Source: Synechococcus sp. A15-28 (GTDB lineage: Bacteria > Cyanobacteriota > Cyanobacteriia > PCC-6307 > Cyanobiaceae). From it: 32,000 nt of DNA. The stretch's first letter is position 1; every line of letters starts with the position of its first letter. Position numbers and translations under genes: made by a program. Shown here piece after piece: positions 16,133-24,882 of the stretch. Location of the stretch: positions 570,001 to 602,000 of the forward strand of contig NZ_CP047931.1 in NCBI RefSeq assembly GCF_014280175.1, read 5' to 3'. The notes beneath the pieces are model-generated. The model made no database searches, was not told where the DNA came from, and was given only the letters and a program-made list of their open reading frames with translations.

Positions 16133-17172
16133 TGCACTGTTTTCGCGATGGCTTCATTGAAATCATGCCGTGGTTTCCACCCCAGCTCGGTTTCAATTCT
16201 TGCTGGATCAATGGCGTATCGCCTGTCATGTCCAGGCCGATCAGTCACCAGTTGAATTAATTGCTTATGCGGATTGCGCGTCGGAAGTAGCTGATCCAAC
16301 TGGCTACAGATGCATTCCACGACCTCGCGATTGGTTCGTTCTCCATAGCCGCCGACGCAGTAACTGCGGCCTGATGCTCCCTTGCAAGCGGCCAGGAGCA
16401 GGGCATCGACGTGGTCTTCCACGTACAACCAGTCTCTGACGTTCAATCCATCGCCATACAAGGGGATTGGCTCTCCTGCAGCAGCCTTCAACGTCACGAC
16501 GGGAATCAACTTTTCGGGGAATTGCCAAGGTCCGTAGTTGTTGGAGCAATTCGTCAGCACCACTGGCAATCCGTACGTGTGGTGCCAGGCGCTCACCAGA
16601 TGGTCACTGGCCGCCTTGCTGCTCGAATATGGACTTCGCGGGTCGTAGGGGGTGGTTTCGCAGAAACGACCTTCCTCGCCCAGGGAGCCAAAGACTTCAT
16701 CGGTGCTGATGTGATGCAGTCGGAAGTTCTCTTGGCGCTCTCCGCTCAAGCCCTCGACATGCTCCCGTACCGCTTGCAGCAGGTTGTACGTCCCCGTCAC
16801 GTTGCTCTCGATGAACACACCAGGGCCCGCAATCGAGCGGTCCACATGACTTTCCGCCGCAAGGTGCATCACCAGATCGGGATCCGCTGCCTGCACCGCG
16901 TCTCGGACCGCCTTGGCGTCAGCAAGGTCCACCTGTTGCAGCACATGTCGTTGGGCAGCTCCATCACCAAGCTCAGTCAGCACCTCCTCGATCGAGGTGA
17001 GATCGCTGGCGTAGCCCATCTTGTCGAGATTGAACACCATGGCGTCGCTCTCGCGCAGCAGGCGCCGCACCACGGCTCCGCCAATAAATCCAGCCCCTCC
17101 TGTCACGAGCACCCGCCGGCGGGATCCCAGCAGCTCAGCAGCCGTCGGCATGGTGTTGGTCATCGCAATCAC
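16096..17172 (-). CDS. rfbB: dTDP-glucose 4,6-dehydratase
   Basis: RVLVTGGAGFIGGAVVRRLL, HLAAESHVDRSI, STDEVFG, YSSSKAASDHLV, NNYGPWQFPEKLIP. Confidence 0.97.
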   Translation of the reverse strand: MIAMTNTMPTAAELLGSRRRVLVTGGAGFIGGAVVRRLLRESDAMVFNLDKMGYASDLTSIEEVLTELGDGAAQRHVLQQVDLADAKAVRDAVQAADPDLVMHLAAESHVDRSIAGPGVFIESNVTGTYNLLQAVREHVEGLSGERQENFRLHHISTDEVFGSLGEEGRFCETTPYDPRSPYSSSKAASDHLVSAWHHTYGLPVVLTNCSNNYGPWQFPEKLIPVVTLKAAAGEPIPLYGDGLNVRDWLYVEDHVDALLLAACKGASGRSYCVGGYGERTNREVVECICSQLDQLLPTRNPHKQLIQLVTDRPGHDRRYAIDPARIETELGWKPRHDFNEAIAKTVQWYITHYAEKKT

Positions 17173-18077
17173 GAGCTGGTGGGGATGGCCCGCAGCACAT
17201 CTCTGAGAGCTGCCCGCCAGGACTGCGCCTCAAGATTCAGCGCCGCGCGGCTTCCCTGGCAATCCAGCAGGGAATAAGCGGGACGGGTGGCTGGGGTTGG
17301 GTAGTCGGCGGTGCTGATCGGATTCACCGTGGCGGCTTTCTCCAGCAGACCAAGGTCCATTGCCAACTCACCCACTGCTACGGAGACGTCATACCAGCTG
17401 GCGGCGCCGCCATCACACCAATGCATGACAGGGGGGAGTACTACTTCTTTACAGCTGGTGGTGATCACCGTCCAGCAAGCCGTCGCCAGGTTCAACGTGC
17501 TGCTCGGGCAGCCCACCTGATCGGCCACCACCCCTAACTGCTCTCTCTCCCGATGCAGCCGCAACATGGTGAGGGCAAAGTTTTTGCCCACTGGACCCAT
17601 CACCCAGCTGGTGCGCAGCACCACACCTTGGTCACTTGCCCCAAGCAGCTCTTCCACCGCCTCCTCTCCGCTGGCCTTGCTGGCGCCATAGACCCCTAGA
17701 GGATCGCGCTTCTGATCGACCCGATAAGGGGACCCCTGCTGACCGTTGAAGACAAAGTCGGTGCTCAGCTGCAGCATCCGGCCGCCGTACTCCTCGATGG
17801 CGTCTGCAAAGGCGCGGGGTGCGGCTCCATTCACGGCATGGGCCAGCTCTGGCTCCGCTTCCGCTTTGTCCACCGCGGTGTACGCACCGGCATTCAGAAC
17901 CCAGTCGGGGCGGTGCTCCTCCACCGCCTTGCTGCAGGCCATGGCATCGGCCAGATCGAGGGCCAACAATCCATCCCCTCCACTGCGGCTGCTGGGCAGC
18001 AGCTCAATCCCATCCGGGGTCGCTTCGATCAACGCCTGGCCCAGCTGGCCGGCAGCACCGGTGAGCAACACCTTCAT
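17169..18077 (-). CDS. rfbD: dTDP-4-dehydrorhamnose reductase
   Basis: LLTGAAGQLGQALIEA, NAGAYTAVDKAEAEPELAHAVN, STDFVFNGQQGSPY, YGASKASGEEAV. Overlaps rfbB by 4 nt. Confidence 0.95.
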   Translation of the reverse strand: MKVLLTGAAGQLGQALIEATPDGIELLPSSRSGGDGLLALDLADAMACSKAVEEHRPDWVLNAGAYTAVDKAEAEPELAHAVNGAAPRAFADAIEEYGGRMLQLSTDFVFNGQQGSPYRVDQKRDPLGVYGASKASGEEAVEELLGASDQGVVLRTSWVMGPVGKNFALTMLRLHREREQLGVVADQVGCPSSTLNLATACWTVITTSCKEVVLPPVMHWCDGGAASWYDVSVAVGELAMDLGLLEKAATVNPISTADYPTPATRPAYSLLDCQGSRAALNLEAQSWRAALRDVLRAIPTSS

Positions 18078-18664
18078 CAGAATATATCTCCAGTTGCCGT
18101 GGCTTGATCCAGGCTGGCGGCGTCTCCATCCTTGCCCGACAGGTTCACCTCAGTTCCTGCCAGCTGATCCAAGGGCCAGGCGATGCCGATGGTGGCGTCG
18201 TTCCAGCGGATGGCCCGCTCGCAATCCTTGTTCCAGAAGCCGCGCGCCTTGTACTGCACTTCAGCCACAGCGCTGAGGGTCAGAAAGCCGTGGGCAAAGC
18301 CCTCCGGCACCCAGAGCTGCTGCTTGTTCTCTGCACTCAAATGGGCACCCACCCACTGCCCGAATGTGGTGGAACCCCGGCGGATGTCCACCGCCACATC
18401 AAAGATCTCTCCGATGCTGGCCCGCACCAACTTGGCCTGCGGTTCCGGCGAGAGTTGGTAATGCAGACCGCGCAGCACCCCTTGTGCGGAGCGGGAGTGG
18501 TTGTCCTGGGAGAACACCACCGCTTCATCCACGGCCTCATCAAATTTGCGTTGGTTCCAGCTTTCAAAAAACCAGCCCCGCTCATCGCCAAAGGCCTTGG
18601 GGCTGATCAGCAGGGGGCCTTCAATGGTGGCCCCTTGAGGGCTCTGCAGTTGCTCAACCTGCAT
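18077..18664 (-). CDS. rfbC: dTDP-4-dehydrorhamnose 3,5-epimerase
   Basis: [54 protein letters not shown]-like motif. ATG at 18664 preferred over the longer ORF (18793). Confidence 0.95.
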   Translation of the reverse strand: MQVEQLQSPQGATIEGPLLISPKAFGDERGWFFESWNQRKFDEAVDEAVVFSQDNHSRSAQGVLRGLHYQLSPEPQAKLVRASIGEIFDVAVDIRRGSTTFGQWVGAHLSAENKQQLWVPEGFAHGFLTLSAVAEVQYKARGFWNKDCERAIRWNDATIGIAWPLDQLAGTEVNLSGKDGDAASLDQATATGDIF

Positions 18665-19595
18665 GGGTCGGCACCTCCAGACTGCTCTGCAACGCGGCGT
18701 GATCGCTGATGCTTTCCTCCAGCAGCTGCAGCAAATAGGTGCCGTAGCCGCTCTTCTTGAGGGGCTGTGCCAGTCGTTCCAATTGCGAAGCATTGATCCA
18801 ACCCTGGCGCCAGGCCACCTCCTCCGGGCAACCCACCTTCAGGCCCTGACGGTGTTCCAGCGTGCGGATATAGCCACCGGCATCGTTAAGGGAGTCGCAG
18901 GTGCCGGTGTCCAGCCAGGCCATCCCTCGACCCATCAATTCCACCCTGAGCAGGCCGTCATCCAGGTACATCTGGTTGAGATCGGTGATCTCCAGCTCCC
19001 CACGGGCTGAGGGTTTTACCTGGCGGGCCCGTTCCACGACGGAAGAGTCATAGAAGTAGAGGCCGGTCACGGCGTAGCGACTCTTGGGCTGCTGGGGCTT
19101 CTCCTCAATGCTCAGCACTCTCCCCTCCGCATCGAATTCAGCCACGCCATAGCGCTCCGGATCGCTGACGGGATAGGCAAACACCGTTGCGCCTTCCTCC
19201 CGGCCATCGCTGCTCACCAGCTGTGGCACCAGATCGTGACCGTGGAACAGGTTGTCCCCCAACACCAGGGCAGCCGATGCCCCATCCAGGAATTCAGCGC
19301 CGATCAGGAAGGCCTGCGCCAACCCATCCGGGCTGGGCTGAATGGCGTATTCGATCGTCATTCCCCAGCGGCTGCCGTCGCCCAGCAGGCGCTGGAAGGC
19401 CTCCTGATCGTGGGGGGTGGTGATGATCAACACCTCACGGATTCCCGCCAGCATCAACGTGCTCAGCGGGTAGTAGATCATCGGCTTGTCGTACACCGGC
19501 AGCAGCTGTTTGCTCACCGCCTGGGTGATCGGATGCAGCCGCGTGCCACTGCCTCCGGCCAGGATGATTCCCTTACGGCGCGAAGGATGAGGCAC
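18654..19595 (-). CDS. rfbA: Glucose-1-phosphate thymidylyltransferase
   Basis: [55 protein letters not shown] signature. Confidence 0.97.
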   Translation of the reverse strand: MPHPSRRKGIILAGGSGTRLHPITQAVSKQLLPVYDKPMIYYPLSTLMLAGIREVLIITTPHDQEAFQRLLGDGSRWGMTIEYAIQPSPDGLAQAFLIGAEFLDGASAALVLGDNLFHGHDLVPQLVSSDGREEGATVFAYPVSDPERYGVAEFDAEGRVLSIEEKPQQPKSRYAVTGLYFYDSSVVERARQVKPSARGELEITDLNQMYLDDGLLRVELMGRGMAWLDTGTCDSLNDAGGYIRTLEHRQGLKVGCPEEVAWRQGWINASQLERLAQPLKKSGYGTYLLQLLEESISDHAALQSSLEVPTHAG

Positions 19596-19644
19596 GAGAT
19601 CTCAAAAAGTTGGCGATATTTCAGCACAGGCGCACCTCCTGCAC

Positions 19645-20169
19645 TCAATCACGCCAGTCGAGCCAGGGGAGCCCAGGGGCAATGGCCGGGGTTGTGGAGC
19701 GGTACGTCGCGTAGTCCGGATGGAGCTGGAGCAAGGACCGTTCCTCCCGGCGGGCTTTCCCCCCCAGCACGACCACCAGCCCCAGCAGCAGCAGTAGATG
19801 CAGCAGGCTGCCGAAGGCCAGCACCACCCCGAGGGAACACAGCAGCACGGCCTGGTACATCGGGTGCCGGCAGCGTTGATAAGGCCCCTGGCAGATCAGG
19901 CGGTTTCCCTGCTTGGCCGCCGGCAACGGAGACAGGCTGCTGCCGAGGGCGGCAAAGGCTTGGGCTGCTACGACCAAGCCGCTCAACAGCAGCAGCACGC
20001 CGACGATGAAAAGGGGACGGGGCCAGATCTCCAACCCCCAGGCGGCAGCTGTTGGCCAGGGCGGCAGCAGGTGTGCCGTGATCATCACCAGCTGGGCCAG
20101 CAGCCACCATTCGCCGCGGCGGTTATCGAGCCAGCCCCCCCAGCTCAGTCCCCAACCTGAAAACATCAC
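19645..20169 (-). CDS. Isoprenylcysteine carboxylmethyltransferase (ICMT)-like membrane methyltransferase
   Basis: Multiple TM segments and NRLICQGPYQRCRHPMYQAVLL...REERSLLQLHPDYATY, typical of ICMT/phospholipid methyltransferase-like proteins. Confidence 0.8.
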   Translation of the reverse strand: MMFSGWGLSWGGWLDNRRGEWWLLAQLVMITAHLLPPWPTAAAWGLEIWPRPLFIVGVLLLLSGLVVAAQAFAALGSSLSPLPAAKQGNRLICQGPYQRCRHPMYQAVLLCSLGVVLAFGSLLHLLLLLGLVVVLGGKARREERSLLQLHPDYATYRSTTPAIAPGLPWLDWRD

Positions 20170-20184
20170 CTGACTACTCCTTCC

Positions 20185-20559
20185 CTAAAGCTCATCCTGA
20201 ACCAGTTGACGCGCGGTTTCGTCATCCAGTGAGCTCAGGTCGCAGCTGTCCGTCAGCTCGGTACCCAACAGATCGGCTGCCTTGCGGACCTGGGGGTTCT
20301 CCAGCACAGCAGCGCTGATGGCCATTTCTTTCAGGGCAATGGCGGTGGCTTGCTCGGCCTGTTGTTGGGACAACTGACCACGGCGCACCAGGCATTCGCC
20401 ATTGGCCAGAGAGCCTGCGGCAAAGGCGCGGATGCTGCGGGCCAGTTCCAGCCGCGCCACTTTGCGGATGGTCTCCGGTGACATGGATTTCGCAGCCGCG
20501 GTTGGCGCCATCAGGGCCAGCCCTGTCATCAGCAGTCTGATCAGAACGATGCCAACCAT
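20185..20559 (-). CDS. Small predicted secreted protein, uncharacterised
   Basis: 124 aa; N-terminal hydrophobic segment with AAA/AK-type cleavage region; between two same-strand genes with a 3-nt gap to the mtnD-like stop. Confidence 0.65.
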   Translation of the reverse strand: MVGIVLIRLLMTGLALMAPTAAAKSMSPETIRKVARLELARSIRAFAAGSLANGECLVRRGQLSQQQAEQATAIALKEMAISAAVLENPQVRKAADLLGTELTDSCDLSSLDDETARQLVQDEL

Positions 20560-20562
20560 GGT

Positions 20563-21123
20563 TTAGTCGAGGCGCGGAAAGCGATCGGCGATGGAGTCTC
20601 CCGTGAAGGTCGCGACCCAGCCCTCGCTGTTGTTGAAAAAGCGCAGGGCACAGAACGATGGGGTTGGTCCCATGTCGAACCAGTGGCGCGTCCCGGCCGG
20701 GACGCTGATCAGGTTGCCGCGCTCACACAGCGTCACCAGCACCTCCTGGCCGATGTGCATTGAGAACAGCCCCTGACCCTCCACGAAGAAGCGCACCTCG
20801 TCCTCGGCATGGGTGTGCTCCGCCAGGAATTTGCTGCGCAGGGCGACGCGCTCCGGATGGTCTGGCGTCATTCGGATGGCATCCACCGTTTGATAACCAC
20901 CCTCCTTCTGGACCCTGGCCACCTCCGTGGCGTAGGTCGCCAGGATTGCGCTCTGGTCCGCGTCCGGGGGCAGGGCATGGGCCGCAGGCCACTGCTCAAA
21001 ACCGACACCCCGTTCATCGAGTGCAGCCTGGATCGAGGCCGGGTCGTTGCAGACCAGATTCGGCAGAGGGAGGCCGCTGCCGCGGTCATCGCCATGGTCT
21101 GGAAAGATGCTGAGACGACTCAT
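20563..21123 (-). CDS. mtnD: Acireductone dioxygenase-like cupin
   Basis: [25 protein letters not shown]...[39 protein letters not shown] cupin and metal-ligand pattern. Confidence 0.88.
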   Translation of the reverse strand: [186 protein letters not shown]

Positions 21124-21135
21124 CGCCGGGCTCCC

Positions 21136-21140
21136 GGAGG
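21136..21140 (+). promoter_or_regulatory. Candidate Shine-Dalgarno GGAGG upstream of the tetrapyrrole methylase gene
   Basis: ggagg at 21136-21140; nine nt upstream of an in-frame CTG at 21150. Confidence 0.4.
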
Positions 21141-21149
21141 ACCGTTCCG

Positions 21150-21902
21150 CTGTCCATCATCAACCCGTCCGTTGCCGCTGGCCTCACGCTGGTGGGGGTT
21201 GGCCCCGGCGACCCTGAACTGTTGACGCTGGCGGCGGTGCACGCGATCGAACAGGCCGATGTGGTGGCCACACCGCTGGCCCGCGAGGGGGGCGCCAGCA
21301 TGGCCGCAGCCATTGCCTCCCGGTACATCGCTCCGCAGCAACGGCTGCTGCCCTTGTCGTTTCCCATGGTGGCGGCGGCGGCACCCCGGCAACAGGCCTG
21401 GCACCGGGCGGCCGATGCCGTCGCTGCTGAAGTTAGCGCTGGAAGGTCGGTGGCGTTGCTCTGCGAGGGGGATGCATCCCTGTTCGCCACCGGCAGCTAC
21501 GTGCTGCTGGCGTTGCAGCAGCGTCATCCTGATTGCCCCATTCGCGTGATTCCTGGGATCACAGCCATCTCCGCAGCGGCAGCAGCGGCGACCTGGCCTC
21601 TCGCCCTGCAGCAGGACCAGTTGCTGGTGCTGCCTTGTCCCGAGACAGCTGATGCCCTGACCGGTCTGCTCGAGACGGCCGCAGAGCAGTCCAGGGTGCT
21701 GGCCCTGATGAAGCTGGGTCACCGATGGTCCTGGGTTCGCCCGTTGCTGGAGCGCCGGAGCCTGCTCAGCGCGGCGTTGTTCGCGGAGCGGGTGGGCTGG
21801 CCGGATCAGGTCGTTCGCCCTGCTGGCGACATGGAGGCGAGTGAACGCCCCTACTTTTCGCTGCTGCTGGTGCGTCAGGGCTGGCCTGACGTGCTGCCCT
21901 GA
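21150..21902 (+). CDS. Precorrin-2 C20-methyltransferase-like tetrapyrrole methylase (start codon unresolved)
   Basis: LVGVGPGDPELLTLAAVHAIEQADVV...; VALLCEGDASLFATGSY; VIPGITAISAAAA. ORF track start (GTG 21192) falls inside the conserved first strand; frame is open back to 21114. Confidence 0.82.
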   Translation: MSIINPSVAAGLTLVGVGPGDPELLTLAAVHAIEQADVVATPLAREGGASMAAAIASRYIAPQQRLLPLSFPMVAAAAPRQQAWHRAADAVAAEVSAGRSVALLCEGDASLFATGSYVLLALQQRHPDCPIRVIPGITAISAAAAAATWPLALQQDQLLVLPCPETADALTGLLETAAEQSRVLALMKLGHRWSWVRPLLERRSLLSAALFAERVGWPDQVVRPAGDMEASERPYFSLLLVRQGWPDVLP

Positions 21903-21904
21903 AC

Positions 21905-23887
21905 TCAGGGTTGTCGTGGGACGAGGCAGCGGTTGAAGGGTGCAGGAGCCGAGCCCCCCAGCAGCAACCGTTTCAGCAGCATCAGCAGCCCCATCAACTC
22001 CCGCCGGGGCAGCCGTTCCGGCCAGATCCCATCGCGGCAGAACAACCAGCGGATGAGGCTGTGCTGCTGCCGCTGGCTGAGGTTTCCCCAGCTCAGGGCC
22101 GCACGGCGCGGTTGGGTCTGCAGCAGCACCACCGGCAGGGGCTCAACGTCAGACGTCCATTGCAATTGACTGCTGGCGACGATGGGCGGCACCCCTTTGG
22201 CGAAAGCCAGCTCCACACCGCTCTCGCTGATGGCGGTGATCCGGCATTTGTGGCGATGGCCTCCGGCATCGGTGAGCTCGGCGGGCTGATCCAGGCTGAG
22301 CCAGGGGGAGGGATCGCTCTGGGGGGGATCCCAGCAGGCGCGAAGGGCCACCAGGGTCCCGAGCAGATTGAGCACGGCCCAGACCAGTCCCAGTTGAAGC
22401 AGCCCGAGTCCTCCCCAGCCCGTCTGCATCAGCTGCAGGAGGAGGCCCAGCAGATTCACCAGGTTGAGCAGGCTGAGCAGGATCAGGGGCAGCGCCAGAA
22501 ACCAGGCCCAGCCGCCCTGGGATCGCCGGCGATGCTTGGGGGTGACCCGGAAACCCATCGAAGCTCCGAACACGTGGCTGATCAGGGTCAACACCAGTGG
22601 AACGGTGAGCACCCAGCCGGTCAGTTCGGTGAGCAGGGCGGAGCGGCTGCTGCGGTTCAGCCAGCCGATGCTGAGCAGCACCGTTCCCCACAACGGCAGC
22701 ATCAGCTCGATGATCGCTCGTTCGTTTAACAGGATCGGTGTGATGCCAAGCAGTCCATAGCTCAGCGGCATCAGCATCAGCACCAGCCTTGGCAGGTTGC
22801 TCAGCCAGTGGATGACGCCCTCGAGGTAGGCCAACCGTTGGCCCAGGCGGAGGCCACGGGCCTGCAGCGGACCCTGGGGCAAGCGCAGGCTCTGCAGGGT
22901 GCCGTTGGCCCACCTTTGCCGCTGCTGAACGAAGTCCGCCATGGATTCCGCGGCCAGTCCAGCGCTGAGCTTCTGCTGCAGATAAAGCAATCTCCAGCCC
23001 TGCTCGCGTAGGGCGATGCCGGTGACGTAGTCCTCCGACAGGGCCGACTCCACGAAGCCACCCACCTGATCCAGGGCGCGTCGGCGCACCACAAACGCGG
23101 TGCCGGCGCAGACCACAGCCCCCCAGCTGTCCCGCACCGGTTCGATCCAGCGGTAGAAGCTCTCCTCATCCGGCAGCAGCCACGATTCCATCCGCAGGTT
23201 GCGCATCACCGGATCGGCATTAATGAACGACTGCGGTGTCTGCAGCAGGGCCACGTCGGGCTCCAGCAGAAAACCGATGCTGCGCTCCAGGAAGCGGCGC
23301 TGGGGGATGAAGTCCGCATCGAACACCGCCACCAACTCGCCATCACAGCGGCTCAGTCCGGCGTTGAGGTTGCCCGCCTTGGCGTGTCGACGCTCGGGAC
23401 GGTGCAGGTAGCGACAGCCCAGTCGCCTGGCCAGCTGTCTCACCTCCTCACGGCCGGCGTCATCCAGGACCCAGACGCTGGTGTTGGGATAGCTCTGCTG
23501 CGTGCAGCCCAGAAGCGAGCGTTGCAATACCGCCAGCGGCTCACCGCAGGTGGGTACCAGGATGTCCACATGGGGTCTCCAGCTCGAGGTCTGCCAGTCC
23601 TGATGGCGACGGTCGGCTTCCTGGCGACGGTCGGGGAAGCGGCGCCAGGCCAGCCATAGCGGCAGCAGGCCGGTGATCAGCAGCCAGCCCTCCGCCAGCA
23701 GCAACACACCACTGAGTCCCGTAGAGACAGGGCTGTCGAGATTGAGGCTGGCGGTGCAGCGCCAGTGCAGGTAGCGAACGGTGAGTCCGCTGATCAACAG
23801 GATCAGGCTGCGTCGGGCCCAGAGCGGAGAATCCGCTTCCGGTCGCTGGATCAACGCCAGCGGCCAGAGCAGCAGCAACAGGCTCAC
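21905..23887 (-). CDS. Processive GT2 (cellulose-synthase/BcsA-like) with C-terminal PilZ-like region
   Basis: VDILVPTCGEPLAVLQRSL, AVFDADFIPQRRF, LLQTPQSF, LSEDYVTGI, QQRQRWANGTLQ plus multiple TMs. GTG start at 23887 overlaps the upstream dus stop (GTGA); the track's longer ORF begins at 23998. Confidence 0.88.
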   Translation of the reverse strand: MSLLLLLWPLALIQRPEADSPLWARRSLILLISGLTVRYLHWRCTASLNLDSPVSTGLSGVLLLAEGWLLITGLLPLWLAWRRFPDRRQEADRRHQDWQTSSWRPHVDILVPTCGEPLAVLQRSLLGCTQQSYPNTSVWVLDDAGREEVRQLARRLGCRYLHRPERRHAKAGNLNAGLSRCDGELVAVFDADFIPQRRFLERSIGFLLEPDVALLQTPQSFINADPVMRNLRMESWLLPDEESFYRWIEPVRDSWGAVVCAGTAFVVRRRALDQVGGFVESALSEDYVTGIALREQGWRLLYLQQKLSAGLAAESMADFVQQRQRWANGTLQSLRLPQGPLQARGLRLGQRLAYLEGVIHWLSNLPRLVLMLMPLSYGLLGITPILLNERAIIELMLPLWGTVLLSIGWLNRSSRSALLTELTGWVLTVPLVLTLISHVFGASMGFRVTPKHRRRSQGGWAWFLALPLILLSLLNLVNLLGLLLQLMQTGWGGLGLLQLGLVWAVLNLLGTLVALRACWDPPQSDPSPWLSLDQPAELTDAGGHRHKCRITAISESGVELAFAKGVPPIVASSQLQWTSDVEPLPVVLLQTQPRRAALSWGNLSQRQQHSLIRWLFCRDGIWPERLPRRELMGLLMLLKRLLLGGSAPAPFNRCLVPRQP

Positions 23888-24876
23888 TCCAGGGCCAGGC
23901 GTTGGGTGTCCAGTAACGCTAGGGCGTCCTCTGGGGTTGGCGCGCGCATGAGGGCATGGCGCAACCGCGGAGCTCCGGGGAAGCCTGTGCAGGTCCATCC
24001 CATGTGCTTCCTGGCGATCAACAGTCCGTGGTCACCTCGGGCCTCCACCAGGGCCTGCAGCTGCTCCCGGGCCAGGGCCAGGCGGGCCGCGGGGCCAGGG
24101 GTGGCAGGGACCGGCAGGCCCTTGAGCGCTGCATCGATCTGCCCCACCAGCCAGGGGGCTCCCATGGTTCCTCGGCCCACCATGACGCCGTCGGCGCCGG
24201 TCTCGGCCAGGCAGCGCTGAGCATCCTCAGGTGTGTTGATGTCTCCGTTGGCGATCACGGGGATGGTGAGGGACCGTTTGACGGCAGCGATGGCTGCCCA
24301 GTCCGCCTTGCCCTTGAACCCCTGCTCACGGGTCCGGCCATGCAGGGTGAGCAACTGTGCGCCGGCATCCTGAAGTTGCTGGCACCAGGTCTGAGGGTCG
24401 GCGTCACTGCCGCACCACCCCAGCCTTGTTTTCACAGTGACCGGCAGGCTGACGGCCCCGGCCACGGCTTCGATGATCCTGCTGGCGAGATCGGGATCGC
24501 GGATCAGCCCGGATCCACCTCCCTTGCGGGCGATCTTGCGCACCGGGCAGCCCATGTTGATGTCGATCAGGAAGGCCCCGGCGACTTCTGCTCTGCGGGC
24601 CGCCTCCGCCATGGCCTGCAGGCGGTGATCAAACAGCTGCACACCGATGGGCCCCTGCTCATCGCCGAGCTCCTCCACCTTGCCCCGGCCGAAGCCCAGC
24701 TCAAGGCTGGTGGCATTCACCATCTCGGTGAACAGCAGGGCATCCGGTGCCCAGCGGCGCACCAGATTCCGGAACACCCTGTCGCTGACACCGGCCAGGG
24801 GGGACTGCAGCACGCGGCAATTCAGCCGCCGCGCTGTGCCGGATCCCGAAAGCTGCAGCGGGAGGGTTGCAAGCAT
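23884..24876 (-). CDS. tRNA-dihydrouridine synthase family protein
   Basis: LQSPLAGVSDRVFRNLVRR, GVQLFDHRLQAMAEAA, INMGCPVRKIARKGGGSGL, LTLHGRTREQGFKGKADW, IPVIANGDI, GADGVMVGRG. ATG at 24876 preferred over 24897. Confidence 0.95.
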   Translation of the reverse strand: MLATLPLQLSGSGTARRLNCRVLQSPLAGVSDRVFRNLVRRWAPDALLFTEMVNATSLELGFGRGKVEELGDEQGPIGVQLFDHRLQAMAEAARRAEVAGAFLIDINMGCPVRKIARKGGGSGLIRDPDLASRIIEAVAGAVSLPVTVKTRLGWCGSDADPQTWCQQLQDAGAQLLTLHGRTREQGFKGKADWAAIAAVKRSLTIPVIANGDINTPEDAQRCLAETGADGVMVGRGTMGAPWLVGQIDAALKGLPVPATPGPAARLALAREQLQALVEARGDHGLLIARKHMGWTCTGFPGAPRLRHALMRAPTPEDALALLDTQRLALE

Positions 24877-24882
24877 GGGCCC

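Noticed and set aside
16411-17277. 288-aa plus-strand ORF
   Set aside because: Antisense to rfbB, which is unambiguous.
21911-22729. 272-aa plus-strand ORF rich in Gln/His
   Set aside because: Antisense to the BcsA-like gene; composition typical of a GC-rich shadow frame.
23956-24880. N-terminal part of the 464-aa plus-strand ORF (23956-25350)
   Set aside because: Antisense to the tRNA-dihydrouridine synthase gene; only the part after about 24883 looks like a real protein (DUF1823).
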